A stretch of 62,860 nucleotides of DNA, counting the filler, from Asterionella formosa (taxonomy: Eukaryota): assembly GCA_002256025.1 (NCBI GenBank). It is 20 parts of 20 records of this genome, joined end to end, with 100 filler letters (N's around TTAATTAATTAA, not from the genome) between each part and the next. Parts side by side here need not be neighbours in the genome. Positions count along the whole stretch, not along the records: positions 1 to 28,027 come from NKIB01001328.1; 19 more parts are not named here. One strand, 5' to 3'. This document shows positions 1 to 11,700 of the stretch, one piece after another. The notes beneath the pieces were generated by a model. The model did no database searches. It was not told the origin of the DNA and worked only from the letters and a program-made list of their open reading frames with translations. How positions within the stretch are numbered: the first letter of the stretch is position 1; each line of letters begins with the position of its first letter. Position numbers and translations under genes: made by a program.

Positions 1-1499
1 TGCATCGATAATTCGTATTTTTCTGGGGCTATTTTGACTCCTAAAACTTTCTCCGACTTAATTGTCCTATTAGGGTGCGGCTCTCTCTAAGCTATTGAGG
101 ATCCATGTACATAGTAATATATAAAGAAAGATTAAAATTGGCAATGAGAAATCATCGATATTGTTGAGCGCCATTGTGAGTTTTCCGATTTTACATATTC
201 GACTATATCTAAACGAGTAAGTACAAGCTACAATGAAATTAGTTTCATAATATGCTAGCGAATAATCTACCGGTATTCTACTTAAGGACTAATAATAAAA
301 TAGCTTCATGTTAGAAAATCAACAATTTTCATTGGTTTCAATAGTTGTACTGACAATGCCGGCAAAGTATATAATTTTTCAGTAGGATAATAATTATACA
401 CCGGTATGATTCTGCCATCAGTGCGTACATATTCATCTACTCCGTAAATCCTTCGTGCGCTCACCATAGGAACGATCGATTCCTCATTGTTCATCATCAC
501 GCACCACCGTGATAGTAGTAGACTAAACTGATCGCTTGTACAATGCGTGGTGAACAGGGCGGAGCAACAACACTGCATGTGACATTGATGATCAATCGAA
601 GTCACTAAATATAGAAACAAAAGACACTAAAGAATTAGCTAAATTAGCTGAAATGTGATCTAGTAAGTGTCAAAAATGCATTGCCAGTTCAACAGGGTAA
701 CCTGATTTGACCCAAATTTTGGCGACAGCTGCCTTCGACCTATTTATCTCAAGAACGGCCACGAAAGCACAAACTTACAAGTATTAACATTGCTCCTGCG
801 CATACATGCCAAGGAAGAACTTTGCCTGAAACAGAATCAACGTATTTCTAATATTCGTCCCAAAATGTATGATTACCAGTTGACTCTCAGTTTTTAGGTC
901 ATACCTGGTAAATATACCATAGTCTACTGTAGCTGATACCAGTACCAGTGGTACCCCTGGTATTTGTACAGCTCATATGACAATCGGAATACTAAAGTCT
1001 ATACCAATACCTGGTAATCTAATTAATAGTCTATGACCATGGGTGTTAAAAGCTTTGTACTCCTTCCTGTCTGGCTGATGGGTATCTCCTTACGTAGAAC
1101 TTACCTGTTGTAGTACTAGTACTTATACCTATCATTGCTAGCCTTCTTGCTAGTTTTCGCTTTTGACCTTTCTCTGTCAATTCTCAGTTTCTTAAATTAA
1201 TAAGCTTACTCTTAAAGCCTAGTTTCTATCCCATTCATCATACTTTGAGAGCTTGCTCTTTTGTTGATGCAAACCCTCTTTTGATTGATCTGAAACATCC
1301 ATCTCATTACTTAGTTTCTTGACATCATGGGAATGCTCCATTTGGTTCATTGGCCTATAATCGAGTCGACAGTTCTCGTGACTCATAGTATTCATTGATA
1401 CTATATTCTTGGCACACAGGTATGTTAGTCAGTACAAATAAATAAATAGTATACACCATCTATGTATATATACTGATGTATGATGATCATAATAAGGTA

Positions 1500-2232
1500 C
1501 CAGTAAAAAACTGCCATGACCCAGCATTGAGAATATTTTTGAACTGCCGTTACCCATTGAATGCAGAATAACACGTTTTGCAATCAAAACTTAAATAAAT
1601 GTAAATTTTGAGAGTTCTGGCTCCTTCCCGAGCATATAGGCTAGTCAGCTATCTAATTAGTTTGAGATCTGGAGCAAGTTGTTCATCTCGATAGATTGCC
1701 TGAAATGGTTGCCCATGAAGAACACGGATTAGGGTAAGTTTAGAAGTCACCGCATCATATGATATATGATGATCAATATAAAAATTTCGATATTGATTTG
1801 AACCTTCACCTCATTTGGGACAATATAGTATATCTTGTCTTGGTATTGACTTCTTCGGAGATGGCAAATTATTTAGGCGCACGGCATCATCATGCAAATG
1901 CGTTATGTATGATTACGGGTATACCAGCCAGGTAGGGAGTACATACCAGGTTTTCATCACACCTTTCTAATGACACATATGACAAGTGCTTTAACACATG
2001 ACCTAATCCGTCCTCGAAAATACATATAAATTTATATATGTTTATCAAGAAAAAAGTAAATACTGGTACTCCTGATAAAATAATTCTATCAGAATTCTAA
2101 CACAACGGCTTGATGGATCGATGCTGCTCTGACACTATCGAACAAATGGATCCAGAATTCGGTAGAATTTACCATAGTCGGAGGAGTCAAACAAACACCC
2201 TAACTCAATGGGTCATGGCAGTTTTTTACTGG
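1500..2232. mobile_element. Non-autonomous TIR element (MITE), 733 bp, TA target-site duplication; probably IS630-Tc1-mariner superfamily
   Basis: Perfect 24-bp inverted repeats CCAGTAAAAAACTGCCATGACCCA (1500-1523) and TGGGTCATGGCAGTTTTTTACTGG (2209-2232). TA lies on both sides (1498-1499, 2233-2234). No transposase ORF inside. Confidence 0.88.
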
Positions 2233-2448
2233 TACCTGGTACCAGGTACCAGGAACCAGGGGAGGGGTACTCGTTACCAGGGTAGAAGAGGTGAAATTAA
2301 CTGTCGTGTGCATACGATATATGTATAGTGTTCGTACATCCATGTTGTGGTGGTCCTACTGTCATTTTCAAGAAAGGAGACCCATCCTAACCAACCCAGC
2401 GACCAAGGGAAAGTGAAGAACCACCTGTGGTCACGAAAAGGAAGAAAA

Positions 2449-3144
2449 ATGAGAAGTTGGACCTCCGTTATCTTATTGGCAGCAACAACAACAACAGAAT
2501 TCGGTGTTGCGTTCATCAGGACACCACTTCCTCTTCTACGACGATCGTCATTATTGCCACAACAGCTCCGAATGACAGACAAACCAGCTGGATCATTTTT
2601 CAATAAAATTCCTGAACGAGATGATTCCGAGAAGAAACCAGATGAATCCATCGATTTTGACAAGCAAGTCGCGGACTTGCTAGCCGCCAGAACCAAAAAG
2701 GGCCCCCCTCCGTCAACAGTTGGAGGTGTCCCAATCAATGGATTTTCCGTTGCCTCTGTCGGCCGAGCCAAACCATATATTGGTCTTGGACCACCCGACG
2801 TGCCAGCCAATGATCCAACAAGGCCAGAATACGACGATCAAGGATACACACTCTACAAGGACGAAACAACCGGTCAGAAAGCTCGTGTCTTCGAAGCCCT
2901 CGTCGAGTATCCCTGCGACTTTACCTTGAAGATTGTAGGACCCAACGAAGGATCCTTTGTGGCAGAGATTGTTCAGTGTGTTGCAGACTCGTGTGAAGTC
3001 AAGTTGGAACAAGTGCCGTACACGACGAGGGACGTGGGGAAGTGGACGAGTGTAACTGTGAAGGCGCCTGTGCAGAATGCCGATATGCTCTACCAGCTGT
3101 ATGAAAATGTGGACCGGGATCCTCGAGTCAAGTTCAAGTTTTAA
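2449..3144 (+). CDS. DUF493/YbeD-like protein, probably plastid-targeted
   Basis: C-terminal LVEYPCDFTLKIVG...GKWTSVTVKAPVQNADMLYQLYENVDRDPRVKFKF matches DUF493. Likely ATG at 2449 gives a signal peptide ending VA-F followed by an R/S/P-rich transit-like segment. Confidence 0.82.
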   Translation: MRSWTSVILLAATTTTEFGVAFIRTPLPLLRRSSLLPQQLRMTDKPAGSFFNKIPERDDSEKKPDESIDFDKQVADLLAARTKKGPPPSTVGGVPINGFSVASVGRAKPYIGLGPPDVPANDPTRPEYDDQGYTLYKDETTGQKARVFEALVEYPCDFTLKIVGPNEGSFVAEIVQCVADSCEVKLEQVPYTTRDVGKWTSVTVKAPVQNADMLYQLYENVDRDPRVKFKF

Positions 3145-3311
3145 CGGGAAAGGCAAATTGACAATGCCTGTTTGGTGCGCATTCCGAATAAGGATGTTAT
3201 TATAGAATTCTCGCAAGAAGGTACTCAATGATGCTTGCTCTCATGCATTTTACAATAACTCATTGAATTATCTTGAATAAATAAAAATGGCGTTGTCACA
3301 CATCGTACTAT

Positions 3312-4583
3312 CTATGCTTTGGTTGGGTCCTTCTCCATGATATCGTGGACGTACTTAAGAAGCATGGCATCCAACTTTGATTCAGGATCGTACAATGGGT
3401 TGACTTGACCCTCCTTCATTCCGCACACGAGATGATTCACATCACGATGCTCGGCTTCATCGGCACGCACAGCATACATGAGATCCAAAATACTCCCGTG
3501 TTCACCCAGCTTCCAGTAAGCCTTGGCGATTGGAGGCGCATGTTCTGTCTTCCATTTTGCCAGTTCCTCTCCCTCTGGAGCATTTTCAATCGCCGCAATA
3601 ATTTTCGTGTAGGTTGCGCAGGCTTCCTCTTCCACATAGCCAACGAAACGATGGCAGAATTTGGGGGAAATCATGTATGCTGTCATAAACGCAAGCCCAA
3701 ATCCGAACTGCCCACCAATCACAGCCACACGAAACCAACGACCAGGATTCTTCATTCTGACAAACGTCAAAAGATGCATCCGCTCGTTGTTGGCTTCTTC
3801 GAGGAACATTTGAAGTAGCCCACCATCAGGAGTCATATTTCGTAATGAACTGAAGTGACGAATAATCGCTGCCACCATTCCGGGAACAGCAGCTATGGTC
3901 TCAAGATATATGACACGGTTCATGATGTTTGAAATGGTTATGCTGTCGTTTTTCCATCCAGTTGCTCGATCAAACAAAAAACGAACGGCCTTAACGGAAT
4001 TGAAGGCAAGCTGATCACGGACACCATTTGGTGGAACATGTGTTAACTTGACATTCAATTCTTCGGCAGTATAGTGCCCATGTCCTTTTCCGGCTTGGTA
4101 GAATTCCATTCCATCGCGACCAATTCCAAGCGGATGACGGCCGGAGTCCTTGAAATGAGGATGTTTCTCATCTGTCGTCGAGACTTCCTTGGGAGAATTA
4201 AGGGCAGCGCGATCGATGGCCTCGATGAAGCGCTCAAAGGAAACAGATCCTCCTGCCTTTCCAGCGTAGTAGAGGTCTCCAATCTCGACGATCTCATCAT
4301 CAGTGAACTTACTGTGATGCCTCCGAAGTAATTCCTTCAGCTCCCCAGCATCAATTCTCCCGTCCGAGTTGACATCGACTGCCATAAGTTCAGCCTTGAT
4401 CTGACGAACAACGGACATGTCGAGAACAGAAAGAGTTTTGTCAACCGTGCCTACCTCAGAAGACCAGGCCGGAGACGTTGAAAAGTTGGCGCATCGCACG
4501 AAGAACGCAGGTCCTTGTTGCTGAAGGAAGGCCCTTCGAGCCACTTTGGCTATCGGACGCGAAGCGAAGCGCATAGTCAGCAT
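3312..4583 (-). CDS. AOX: Mitochondrial alternative oxidase (ubiquinol oxidase) with N-terminal EF-hand
   Basis: Di-iron motifs LETIAAVPGM, EEANNERMHL, VGYVEEEA and RADEAEHRDVNH. R-rich mitochondrial-type presequence. EF-hand loop DVNSDGRIDAGEL. Confidence 0.95.
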   Translation of the reverse strand: MLTMRFASRPIAKVARRAFLQQQGPAFFVRCANFSTSPAWSSEVGTVDKTLSVLDMSVVRQIKAELMAVDVNSDGRIDAGELKELLRRHHSKFTDDEIVEIGDLYYAGKAGGSVSFERFIEAIDRAALNSPKEVSTTDEKHPHFKDSGRHPLGIGRDGMEFYQAGKGHGHYTAEELNVKLTHVPPNGVRDQLAFNSVKAVRFLFDRATGWKNDSITISNIMNRVIYLETIAAVPGMVAAIIRHFSSLRNMTPDGGLLQMFLEEANNERMHLLTFVRMKNPGRWFRVAVIGGQFGFGLAFMTAYMISPKFCHRFVGYVEEEACATYTKIIAAIENAPEGEELAKWKTEHAPPIAKAYWKLGEHGSILDLMYAVRADEAEHRDVNHLVCGMKEGQVNPLYDPESKLDAMLLKYVHDIMEKDPTKA

Positions 4584-5480
4584 TTTGGTCTATATCCCTT
4601 TCGTTGCGTTGGTTGGAACAAATGCGAAGGATGAAAAAAGTATTGCTTAATAATAAATATATTTGTGACCAAATCGTATCTCACATTTTGCTGGGAACCT
4701 TGAGGCCTATGAACCTTCAATTCCGGAGAATCTATGAATGAATAACATGAAGATGTATTTATTACATTGTACATAAGGCCTTAATCGAATCAAGGAAATG
4801 CATTTAAGTAATAATTAATACATGGGGCACCGATGACGACGTGGCCAGTCGTATGTAATGTATGTTTCTACATTGCCATGGCTATCATCAAACAAAGTGC
4901 GTATCGTCATGAGAAGGTTTGGGATTTATTGTTTTTGTTCTCGGTACCAGGTACCGGTACCTGGTACCAGCCATAGCTTCTTCGAAGCGGGACTCACCCT
5001 ACATGATCGCTCGTTGGAAATATATTTGAGTAGCCATGACAACAGACTATTCTACAGTACAGGGGTACCAGTACCAGGTAGCTCTATCAGCAAAATTCGG
5101 TCATTTTGCAAAAACTAAATGTTTAGCTTACTTTATCCGATATTAAATTGTTTGTTCAAGCAATATGAAAGCAAGTTGCAGGTACTCCACCGTACAAGGC
5201 ACCGTGTACCCCGTACCAGGTACCAGGAAGATGCTGTACTGCACGTTTCATGCGCACGCCCCTTTTCAGTTACAATTCACTCCCAATGATTTGTCCCATG
5301 CCTGCCAGACAAGATAGGCTAGCTTTCGGTGCAAAAGATATTTCTTAAGGAATTTAGGATAATGATAATTTGCAGAGTTAAACTCTGAACATGACATGGA
5401 TTTGCTGACTGATCAACCTGTTCAGCAAACTGCCTTCTTGCTTCAAAATACAAATAGGAATCGTTCTACATTTAGAACTT

Positions 5481-5546
5481 GATGACTACAAATAGAAATT
5501 GCTGACTACAAATAGAAATTGCTGACTATGAATAGAATTTGCTGAA
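5481..5546 (+). repeat. 20-bp tandem repeat, ~3 copies
   Basis: GATGACTACAAATAGAAATT / GCTGACTACAAATAGAAATT / GCTGACTATGAATAGAATTT. Confidence 0.85.
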
Positions 5547-5611
5547 ATGACTAGAACTTGAGGGTGGATACAAATAGATTTTCTGAATGACCCTTCTGCA
5601 AATGAAGTACA

Positions 5612-6500
5612 CCACCTAAAAACTGAGAGCAATCCTTACTTACCCTATGTTACAACAAAAATTATTTTAGTCCAATTACTTGGTGATGTTGAAGCAAGTA
5701 TGAAGTTTATTGTAGCTTGTCCTCTCAGGCACCACTAGTAGATCTGAATATAACTTGGGTATTATAAACTTGGGTGAAGTTAATATTTCTTGAGATATGA
5801 AAGTTTCTAATGTCATCGTTTTGCCTCATAAGGATGACTCTCATTAAATGGTTGTAATACATACATGAGGAGCGAGTTTTTAATCTTCCATTTTCACCCA
5901 AGTACCCTATTGTTGCCACGAAAACTTTTTGATGCCACAAAATTATTAGTCCATTACAGATACCTACCCTTTATTTATTATCCCTTTCGATGTTTTCTTC
6001 ACATAATAATAGTCGGTTTCGACGATACTCCACTGTTAATATTTGGTTTCAGGTAAAAAGCAACTTCAGTTATTTATTTTAGTGACGGTTTAAGTAATAT
6101 TTAATTACGTCTACCGCGTGACAGCCTACCACTTGTTGTTTGACAATCCTCATACATAAAATATGTAGGCCATATAATAACTGCTGGCAATGAAGCTGTG
6201 TACTCTGGGTAAACGTCATGATGATGTTGCTGATCAACAAAGCCATGACAATAATGAAAGAAAATTTTGTTTAAATATTGAAATGTGAATCAATAATGGG
6301 TTTTGAACGTAATCTCATGCAGATTATGATATATCATACTAGAACAGCACATCTGTTCGAAAGCATCGTGCCTTAATGTGACAAAGAGGGATCGAGAAAT
6401 CATTGATAGTATTGAGCGCAATTGTGAGTTTTCCAATGTTACATATTCGACTATATCTAAACAAATCTACAACCTAAAATGAAAATTATTTCATAATATA
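5612..6500 (+). mobile_element. Left part of a degenerate TIR element family (end CCACCTAAAAACTGAGAG)
   Basis: 5612-5865 aligns, inverted, with 15590-16089. 6393-6500 aligns directly with 146-253. The same end motif occurs inverted at 884-901, 16072-16089 and 21031-21048, each followed by TA. Confidence 0.65.
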
Positions 6501-6529
6501 TAAGGCTTGGTATGCTTGATGATGAGGAG

Positions 6530-7630
6530 CATTGTGAAGTGGAATTGCTGTTGACACTTAGTAACATAATACCATGAGGCATGAAGCATCCTACTCTCTT
6601 CCCCCATTTCCTGCAGTCAATTTTCCTTAAGTAAAAGGTAAAAGGCAGTCAGTTGAGGGGCTATAGAGTATAGTAATCAAATTCCCTAAAATAAAGGGCA
6701 GTCAATTTCGGCAACAAAATCAAGGGGCTCTTGAATATATTGATGGTACCTGGTACCAGTAATTTTTCAGTCAAAAACGGAGCATATGAAATATACAGTA
6801 TATCCTTAATGTGAAAGGTAATTGCAGGATTGAGTAATCCAAAAACGAAGCATATGCTATATTCAAAAAATGTTCTACATGAAGGGCAACTGGCTAGTTC
6901 GCATCCAACATACAAATTTTTTAAAAGTTTGGCAATCAAAAAATAGAGCATGTGAAATACACCAGCGTTGCGAGAAGCTCTATCTGCGAGGGCCTCCTAG
7001 TCGAGTACACAAGATAACTGAAGGTAATACACGAACGAGGGTGGAGACTGCCTGCAAGTATTTTTTCCGGCGCTGCGAGACGAACAGCCTGCGAGGGCCT
7101 GCCAAGCCAAGTACACAAGATTACGAGTAGGCAGACTCCTCTCCTCCCGAGTAGGGTACTATCTACCGTAGGCAATTCACAAACTAGCTATCGGCGCGCT
7201 TTTCGCCATTACATTGCTCTTTCAGTTAACATTGAAACCATATTTTAGATAGTTTGTATGTTGGATGCGAACTAGCCAATTGCCCATCATCATATAAAAC
7301 ATATATTGTATATTTAATATGTACAGTTTTTGGAGTACTCAATCCTGCAATTTGCCCATCATATAAAACATATTTTGGATATTTCATTTGCTCCGTTTTT
7401 CGACTGCCAAACTACCTTCAATATTTTCAATAGCCCCTAGATTTTATTGCCGAAATCGACTGCCGTTTATTGAAGGGAATTTGATTACTGATATCTATAG
7501 TCCCTCAATTGAGTGCCATTTAGTTTAGGAAAATTGACTTCCGAAATTGGACGAGAGTAGGAGGAGCTACATGAAGGCACAAAATGATGGTTTTCTTTAA
7601 AGTGTCCACAGCAATTCCCCTTTTCACATC
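6530..7630. mobile_element. Foldback/long-TIR non-autonomous element (~425-bp imperfect arms, ~250-bp core)
   Basis: 6530-6955 is the imperfect reverse complement of 7205-7630, e.g. GGCTAGTTCGCATCCAACATACAAA / TTTGTATGTTGGATGCGAACTAGCC and AGTAATCAAATTCCCT / AGGGAATTTGATTACT. Ends approximate. Confidence 0.82.
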
Positions 7631-9174
7631 CCTGCTATCTTCCCCCAGGATGCTCCAATGTATACAAAATCTGGTCATTAATGCCTCAAGTACTGACTCT
7701 TCATCAAATGGATCTGGCTGGTTGTTGGATAATTCGACTTCTTATGGGATTCATATCGTCACATCATGCTTGCTTTGTCACAGTGGTGCCAAAATCTCGG
7801 TTCCCCTTTCTGTTGATTTCCGATAGCCTTTCCGGTCAACTCCTTCGCTAAATTTTGTATGTAGTGATAAATAAATTAATGATTAATCAAAAGTAACCTC
7901 AATGAGTTGTTGGGTATCAAAACTCGAAACGTTATGGTACTAGGTCAAAGTTAGGCTTCCATCTCATCATTAAACCGGTATTTTTGTAGTATGTTTTTAT
8001 GTTTTCTACGTGTTCTACACTGTCTCAAATCAGATCTCAGCAGCAAGTTTTAGTGCTCATGTGTTGGCTTTTTTCCGCTGCCCTACAATAGTATTGTTTC
8101 ATTGCTTTCTAATCACAATATTACTTTTGTTACTTCTGCATAATCTTCTAAAATGACAACGAAAAGTCATCAATCTCAATGATCTATCGCAAACTCCGTA
8201 AAACAGCCAGAACATGATGGAACCGGTGTTCTGCATTATCTCATATTCAACAAGGAAGAGAGGACAGGTATGTGCTGGTTGATTGTTGTTGTCATATTTG
8301 AGTTCCTGCCATGGTTGAGTATTCTAATTATGAAACATATTTCTTCCTCTTCAGAATGTTGATGAAGGCCATTGTCATGTTACTCCTCTACTTCCTGACG
8401 ATGCAACAAATCAGTATCCACTGGTCAAACCAGCTTGTCCAATGAGGTGAAATATGTTGCCAGTTGAATGTTGTTTTCATGAGGCATAATAAACACACAC
8501 TACCATTATTCTTTTCCTGTTTCCCAATGCTAGCAAGCCACTTTTATCGAAACTCGCACAAAGATTGCAAATTCTTCAGGTCACAAACAATGTGGGCAAC
8601 ATATCTCGCCAGCACCAACAACATATTACTCCATTGCTCCCTATCAACCTACTCAAACCTGTCCTCCTCAATTTTCAAAGCCACAAATGCCCACATCAGC
8701 CAGTAAATTTTCGACGCATCTTGCTCCTCCTCCTGCCAGATACTACCTGGTACCAGAAGTCTGCATCGCCAGCACCAAACCTCCACTATCAAGCTGTTGC
8801 TCCTCCAACACCTCCGCAACCACAAGTCCGAATCAATACAGAAACCAGTACTTCCTCTAAATCCATTCAGGAATCGATTTCTGCTCCTCCAGGCCCAATC
8901 TGAACATTACTGAAATTATTGTCGTTGCAACGACAAAAAAGTGTGAGTTGACAATTGTTAATGAAAAAGCGTTGACAAATCTGGACATGTTTGTTTGTTC
9001 AAAAATTGTTTCCAAACTTCAATGACTGCTCTGTAATTGTACAGAGATTCTAGAATGTATTGAAAATGCATTGACAAATTTTCACATGATTTTTCAGCTG
9101 ACCCATTTTCTTTTTCACTTTTTACTCTACTCCCTGCTTGTCATTTTTACGTCTTACCTTTCGATTACCGTTTC

Positions 9175-10045
9175 ATACTTTGGTTGCTTAATAACATTGT
9201 GTCGAATTTTCGATGCTTGTTACAATTATTCTTGTGTGACTATTTTTCATGCATATACTGGTACCGGTATTTTCGGTGGTCCATGCATTTTTGATGTGTC
9301 CAAACTTTTTCCCATGATAATTCTATGTACTCCTTATGTTGCTCGATGGTCCCTGCTGCTCAAACTTAAAATTGACTGCCGAAAAATCCACTGTGCCCCA
9401 TATTGCCCCTAAATAAAAAAATTCTGAAAGAAACCAAAGATTACTTAGACAACCATAGTTCTCATCGAAAAGCAAGACGACAGCTAGGGTGGGGATTGCT
9501 GAAGGCAATACGCGGCCGAGGTGATCGCTTGCCTGCGAGCATACCGGTACATTTGTTCGATGCTGGGTGGCGCGAGTAGGTTGACCATACGAGTGGTGCC
9601 CCCGGCGCAGCGAGAAGGTCTCTTGCCTGCGAGTATACATGTGTTCGAGGCTGGGTGGTGCAAGTAGGTTGACTGAACAAGTGGCGCCCCCGGCGCTGCG
9701 AGAAGGTCACCCTACGACTGCCATCCCAGTCGAGTACACATGTATACAAAAGGGCATGTAGCCGCCGAGAAGGGTATTGTTTAAGCAATTCCCACTCTAG
9801 CTATCGTCGCGTCATTCGCTTACCTACTGCCCACAAATTTAGCATAAATGTCAATTTTAGCCTACTATTGCCCATAATATAAAATATATTTTGGATATTT
9901 CCTATCTTCACCTCGAAAATTGCCAAAGGTCCGATATTGCCCATCATTAATTAATTTTGTATATTTCATATGTTCGCATTTTGGCAAGACAACAGACGCC
10001 AATTGCCCCTCGGTTTTCCAGCCCTGGGATTGCCGAAATCGGCGA
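9175..10045. repeat. Relative of the 6530-7630 element with an internal 94/88-bp tandem duplication
   Basis: Tandem copies at 9528-9621 and 9622-9709. A 25-bp inverted repeat (9476-9500 / 9784-9808) brackets them. 9790-10045 resembles 7170-7460, and 9175-9500 resembles 11268-11535. Confidence 0.75.
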
Positions 10046-11267
10046 GGGGTATGCGGTTGATTGTTGGATTGCTTGTCTTCTTGAGGCATTCATGTAGTCG
10101 CATCGTCCATTTTTCGTCGGACGAACGATGATATCGATACATCTGATGTTGGTGGCAAGTTTTTGCTCCGGTCATGTATGTAATGATGCTTATGTAATGG
10201 ATATTCTACCAGTTACCGGCAGTCATCTAGTCTACATACGTACGTGGTACTAAAAAAACCATGCATGGTTTAAGCTATGCTTTAACGCTTACTTTGAACA
10301 CGTTATAATATTATCTCTGTAGACTCGGTATTATTTTTACGAGACCTGAAATGTTGAATTATATCATTCACATATTCATTGATTTTGCGTACCGTCTGCC
10401 CGATTTCGTCCTCAAAAATATAGTTCTCACTCTATCTTGCCTGCCTTTGCTCTATTCGGGCTTGCAATAGGCAACGTTCGTCTTTCTTTGATCCCATCGT
10501 CTGCTGCTTGTTATGCTAGTTGAAGCGGATCGGTAAGTACAACAGTGAAACACTGAATGTGGATTGTAGATCGTATTTATTGGGCCGACTTTCCGATTTG
10601 ATTGCTTCTGTGGTTTGTTTTAATCGCTTCCATTGTTGTTTGTCGTTACACACTGTTGTTTTGTTTCGATTGTACATATCTACATAGAACCAGCCAATGC
10701 ATTTATCAATGACTACTCATTGAAGATGTGGTATTGTGCCGTTGTTGATCGTATTTCTTGATTTGTATAGTCATTGACAATGATGTCAATATTGCCACCA
10801 AGCAATGCTTTTCTTGTATTAACGCGCTTTGCTACATTTCTACTACGAGTGCGTATCAGAAGCTACATGAATACTCAGCTAGAGAGAGTCAATAGTGCTG
10901 GAGCAGCATGGTGATCACGCTTGCTCAGAATGGAATGATCAGGGTTGCTTGTTTGGTGGGCGGAGAGGAATGACTGTTGCGGAAATACTGCTACTGGTGT
11001 CAGGCTACTACAGCGATGCGCATCATGGTTGCAGCAAACAGACCATTTACGCTACATAACGATGCAGGTCTACATTGGGTTCAGCTTTTTTCTTCTTCTT
11101 CTTTCGGTCTTCGATTGTGTGGTGGTGATGGAAAGTCAATGTTGCCTGTGTAAGTACTACTACAATGAGTCACAATGCATATGTCTCCATTGGAACTCTT
11201 ATTTTTTACTTCATTTCTAACCCAAAACAATTTTTTCTATTTCTCATTTGATGCTACTTATTACATC

Positions 11268-11569
11268 GACTTTGGTTGCTCCAAACATCATGTTCAATTT
11301 TCATTGATGTTGCATGTTACAATCATTCTCTTGTGTTTTACGCTTGTTGTACCATCTCTACCGGCATGCATATTACCGTTATTCTGGTTGTCATGCTAAA
11401 ATCAGCAATTTTATTGCCGAAAAATTCGATGTGCCCCATATTATCCTTAAATAAAAATTACTTAAGAAATTACTTAGAGCCTAAAAATTACTTAAAAGGG
11501 GCCCGAATGGCAAGACGACAGCTAGGGTGGGGATCGCTAGCTGACAGTCGCCACCCCTGGTCGTGTCTT
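11268..11569 (+). repeat. Dispersed direct copy of 9175-9500 ending in a GC-rich hairpin
   Basis: Shares ACTTTGGTTGCT, TGCCGAAAAAT, TGTGCCCCATATT and GCAAGACGACAGCTAGGGTGGGGAT. Hairpin AAGACGAC..AGGGTGG / CCACCCCT..GTCGTGTCTT at 11512-11569. Confidence 0.7.
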
Positions 11570-11700
11570 ACAATATGAATAATAGAAGACGGCAATATAA
11601 ATTATTATAATAAAGCTATCAAGGGTTTACTTTTTCAATCTGTCCAACATCAAAAGTTCATCCGTTTTGACGATGTTGGTGTTTGAACTTTAGAATCAGG

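Noticed and set aside
8153..8903. Spliced gene with GT-AG introns near 8268-8354 and 8447-8533
   Set aside because: Candidate exons contain stops and show no recognisable domain.
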